Shown one piece after another: positions 60,323 through 64,000 of a stretch of DNA of 64,000 nt (position 1 is its first letter; every line of letters begins with the position of its first letter). The notes beneath the pieces were generated by a model. That model made no database searches, was not told the origin of the DNA, and saw only the letters and a list, made by a program, of their open reading frames with translations. Source of the stretch: Camelus dromedarius (taxonomy: Eukaryota). The stretch covers positions 16,556,001 through 16,620,000 of the forward strand of contig NC_087437.1 of NCBI RefSeq assembly GCF_036321535.1, in the 5' to 3' direction. A program made the position numbers and the translations under genes.

Positions 60323-61439
60323 GTCAGGCACCTTTGTCATGTACTGTTAGGATCCTTTAGCCATGAGAATGATCGGACCCAGGAAGGTGTTCTGACCCCT
60401 ACCACACTTCTGCCTCAACCTGGGGGCATTAGAGACTAAAGTGTGGGCATCAACTCATTAGAGTTCATCATAGTCACAAGGAAGAAAGTTCCTCCTTGAA
60501 CTATGGGGACAAATGACATGATGGATATTTAAGGCTGTTTCCTTCTTAAGAATTTTCTCTAGTCCCTCATTCCTTTGAACAACTCTAGGGCAGGTAAAGG
60601 GCAGGTGTTGCTGTGTAGCAAGGAAACTGTTTCTGAATTGTTCTCATAAAGTTGGGTCACCAGTCAGCCTAGTTTGCCTGCACTTCCATGAGCTGAGAAA
60701 GTCCCATTATTGGGGGTCTCTGTGGTCACACGAAGTGGGCAGGCCACAGTGGGGGGCTCCAGCAAAGCGTCCCAACTGCAACAGGACAAGATTCGGGATG
60801 AGAGAGAAAGAAACAGACCAATGAAACTCGGGGGATAGAATCCAAGGTGGAGTAAGTTTTAGCTGGTAATTATGGTGAGGAGGAAAATGATTTGTATAAA
60901 ATTTAAAATACTTACTTGCAAAGTACCACGTTAGAAATTTGGGGGTTTGTTGGTTCTCTGGATGCTTAAGCTATTTTAAACAATCTGGAATAAAAAGATC
61001 ATGCTTTAAATACGTCTCCTTTGGTCCACGTGACTTAGATCATGCAACTCAATTGCAAACCATCCGAGAGCAGCTCACTCTAACTGCAGGGGATAAAAGC
61101 CAGAGGACGGTGTAAAAGGACAGAATCCCTAAGCTATAAAGGAACAGCAAAAGCTTTCATTTTTAGGAATGACCGAGGAACATTTTTAGACGAGGCATAG
61201 CTTGTCCTAAAAACTTGTTTTTCCAAAATTTCCTTGAGTTTACTTATAATCCCCTAAAGAGATGCCCTAGCGAGTACATTCCATTATTGAATTCAGGAGT
61301 GTGATGAAGGTCTGCCTGTATCAGGTTTCACTCTGATCACTGTCACTGATGATTTTCTCTTCATTCATTCATTTAAGAAAATTCTTTTTCTCTAATTGGA
61401 CCTCAGATGCACAGTATTAGATTCATCACAATCCTTGAT

Positions 61440-63345
61440 TGATGATTCTCTCATTGTTGGTCCATGCCTGAGCTACCTTTACTCAGTTATTTTTAATAAT
61501 GTATTAAGCATTCATGAATGCACCATCCAAAAAATAAAACTAGAGCCCTGACAGGGATTCACATCTAACCATATGCTTTCCCCCTCATTCCATCCTCCTG
61601 CTTCCTTTCCCCACCTGAGATAAGCATCCTCTCGAAACCCAGGTTCACTCCCTTGCCTTCCTTTGTATATAGTTTTACTGCATTTATTTGTATTACATAT
61701 GTACATATATAATACATGTTATATAGAAAATGTATGCTGTACATACACATTGTGCATATATATACATGGATTATACACAGACATTTATATCAGTACTTTT
61801 AATTTTACTTTTTTTAAGGAAGTGTCATACTGTAAGTAACCTTTGGAGAGTTATTTTTCCTTACTGTGACATTACTTAGATTCATCCATATTGTTGTAAG
61901 TTACTGCAGTTCATTTATTTTTTGTTAATAACAGATAGTGACCATATATTCTCCTCATCTCTTAATGTTGGGCATTTAGGTTTTTTCCAGGTTTTTCCTA
62001 TTGTCAACAATGCTGCTGTGATCATTGTTCTACATGCATCGTGTTGTACATATGCAGGAGTTTGCCTTAGGTATATACCTATGGGCTGAGTTGCTGGGCT
62101 ATCAGAAATGTGAATATTCAGCTTTAGAGACAATGTTAAACTCTTTTCTAAGCTGATCACATGTTCAGCTTTAGGAGATAAGGTCAAACCCTTTTCCAAA
62201 GTCATTGTATTCCTACTCAGTGTTGTCAGGCTTTGTGATTTTTACCTAATTAAATAGATGTAAAATAGTATCTCGTGGTGGTTGTGATTTGCATTTCCCT
62301 GATCACGAATGATGCTGACCATCTCTCTACACGTTTATTGGTCATGTGCGATTTTTCTGTTTGTGCATTTATCCCACTTTTGTACGTGTGTGCTTTTGTT
62401 ATTGATTTATAGGTGTTCTTTACATATTTTGATGATAATACTTTGTACTTCTGCATATTACAAATATTTTACCAAAGTTTATAACTTGTCTTTCACTTTC
62501 TTTAAGGTACCTTTAAATCTTTAATCCATTTGGAGTTGACGTAGTGTGAGGCAAGGATGCAATTTTATCTTTTTCCATATGGATAATGGATAACTATCTT
62601 TTCCCAGCTCCATTTATTGATCACTCTTTCTTTCTTCCTATTCTGCTATGTCACCTCTGTCGCAGGAAACCCAAGTTTCATCTATGAATCTCAAATCTAT
62701 TCCTCTGGCCTCTTTGTCTATTTCTGTATCAATTTACCCTGTCCTTCCTCCCTGCGCTTTCTTTCCAGACATATCCTGACTACTCCTGGCCCTCTACCCC
62801 TTCATGTGAATTTTGAAATAACCTTATCAAGTACCATGAAAAAAAGCCTAGGATTTTGATTGGAAATATACTGAATCTATAGATAACAATTGAAATCTTT
62901 ATGATATTGTCTTATCCAAAATACATGTTCCTTCCTTATTCAGGTCTTCTTTAATGGCTTTTAATAAGGTTTTGTAATTTTCCCTGCAGAGGTCTTTCAC
63001 ATCTTATCTTAGATTATTCCTGGATATTTGATATTCTGTAATAATTTTGTAGATGTTTTCTGTTTAATTTTGTCTTATAGTTTTTACTGATACAGAGAAA
63101 TATAACTGATTTTTATATTAATCTTATACCCAGCCACCTTACTAAACACTCCTATTATTTCTAATAATTAGTCTTTGGAGTAATTTGGGGTTTCTAGGTA
63201 AATTATTATATGATCTGCAGATAAAGACTATTTTAATTCCTCCTTTCCAATCCCTATGCCTCTAATGTCCTTTTCTTACCTTATTGAACCATCCAGGACC
63301 ACCAACATAGTGTTAAAAAGAAGTAGTAATAGGAAGTGTGCTTTT
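61440..63345 (-). mobile_element. Ancient L1M element (ORF2 C-terminus and 3' UTR)
   Basis: Minus frames TNKRVERWSASFVIREMQITTTTRYYFT and KLNIHISDSPATQPIGIY...MITAALLTIGKTWKKPKCPT match decayed L1 ORF2p. Confidence 0.85.
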
Positions 63346-63354
63346 CTCTTTTCT

Positions 63355-64000
63355 TTTCATTCTACACTCATCCTGGGTGACCTCTTCTAGTTCCACAGCG
63401 TCAATCACTACCTAGATCTCTGTCCTGACTCACGTATCCACCTGTGAATGTTGGTCCCCTCACTATGAATGTTCTACAAACTCAACACGTCCAGAACTCA
63501 TCATCTAGTCTCATCTCTCAACTCATGCCTGTTCCTCCTTTATTTTCTGACTTTATGGATGGCACCACCATCCACGTAGCCCAAACCAAATAAATGTAGA
63601 GTTGTCTCTCCAACCGCACACCCTCTCTGCCAATCAATCCTATTGACTCTAGTTCACTGATATCACTCTAACTCAACCCTTCTTTCCACCCACTCTACCA
63701 ACCCCCATCATCTCTCAACTGTCTTACCGCCATAAGTTCCTAAACCATCACCTGATTCCGGTCTTGCCTTCTGCCAAACCCTCTTCCACGCCGTAACCAG
63801 AACAATCTGCCTAAATTTTAAACATTCTCACACAGCACCTGTAATAAAATCCCTTAGTGGTTCCCAATGACTTACAGAAAAAGCCTAAACCCTTTCATGG
63901 GCCAGTGTCTAAAAGCCAGGCCCTCTTTGGTCCGGCCTCCATGACACCTCAGCCTCACCTCTCTTTCTACCTGTCCTAACGCTCTGTACTCTCAGTTCTG
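63355..64000 (+). mobile_element. L2 LINE
   Basis: tctacactcatcctgggtgacctc...aactcaacacgtccagaactcatcatct...atggcaccaccatccacgtagcccaaacc...tcccttagtggttcccaatg. Confidence 0.8.

Noticed and set aside
1..64000. A previously undescribed multi-gene biological system
   Set aside because: No intact coding genes or organised repeat-gene cassette are visible; recognisable structure is explained by known transposable element classes and putative enhancers

Overview
This is mammalian nuclear DNA, most likely a camelid (alpaca/llama/camel). The evidence is four copies of a tRNA-Ala(AGC)-derived SINE of the Vic-1 type, with no ruminant Bov-tA/BovB, pig PRE-1, Alu or B1 recognisable. I find no supportable protein-coding gene, exon chain, functional RNA gene or CRISPR array; the ORF track is chance ORFs plus decayed retroelement frames. 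The window reads as gene-desert or long-intron sequence: dense ancient repeats (MIR, L2, L3/CR1, hAT MERs, MaLR/ERVL LTRs, old L1M), some younger insertions (SINEs, L1 3' ends, ERV1 solo LTRs), and repeat-free, homeodomain-motif-rich blocks that look like enhancers. Most informative structures: (1) a two-LTR class III-type proviral relic at 43909-48117 (-) with a tRNA-Ser(GCU)-like PBS and decayed protease and envelope TM sequence; (2) a MER41-like solo LTR nested in another solo LTR, both with perfect 4-bp TSDs (7314-8957); (3) an L1 with an apparent 3' transduction (39432-40757). I do not see a new biological system here. Repeat family names are from my recall of consensus sequences and need RepeatMasker/Dfam confirmation. 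Boundaries of old repeats are approximate.
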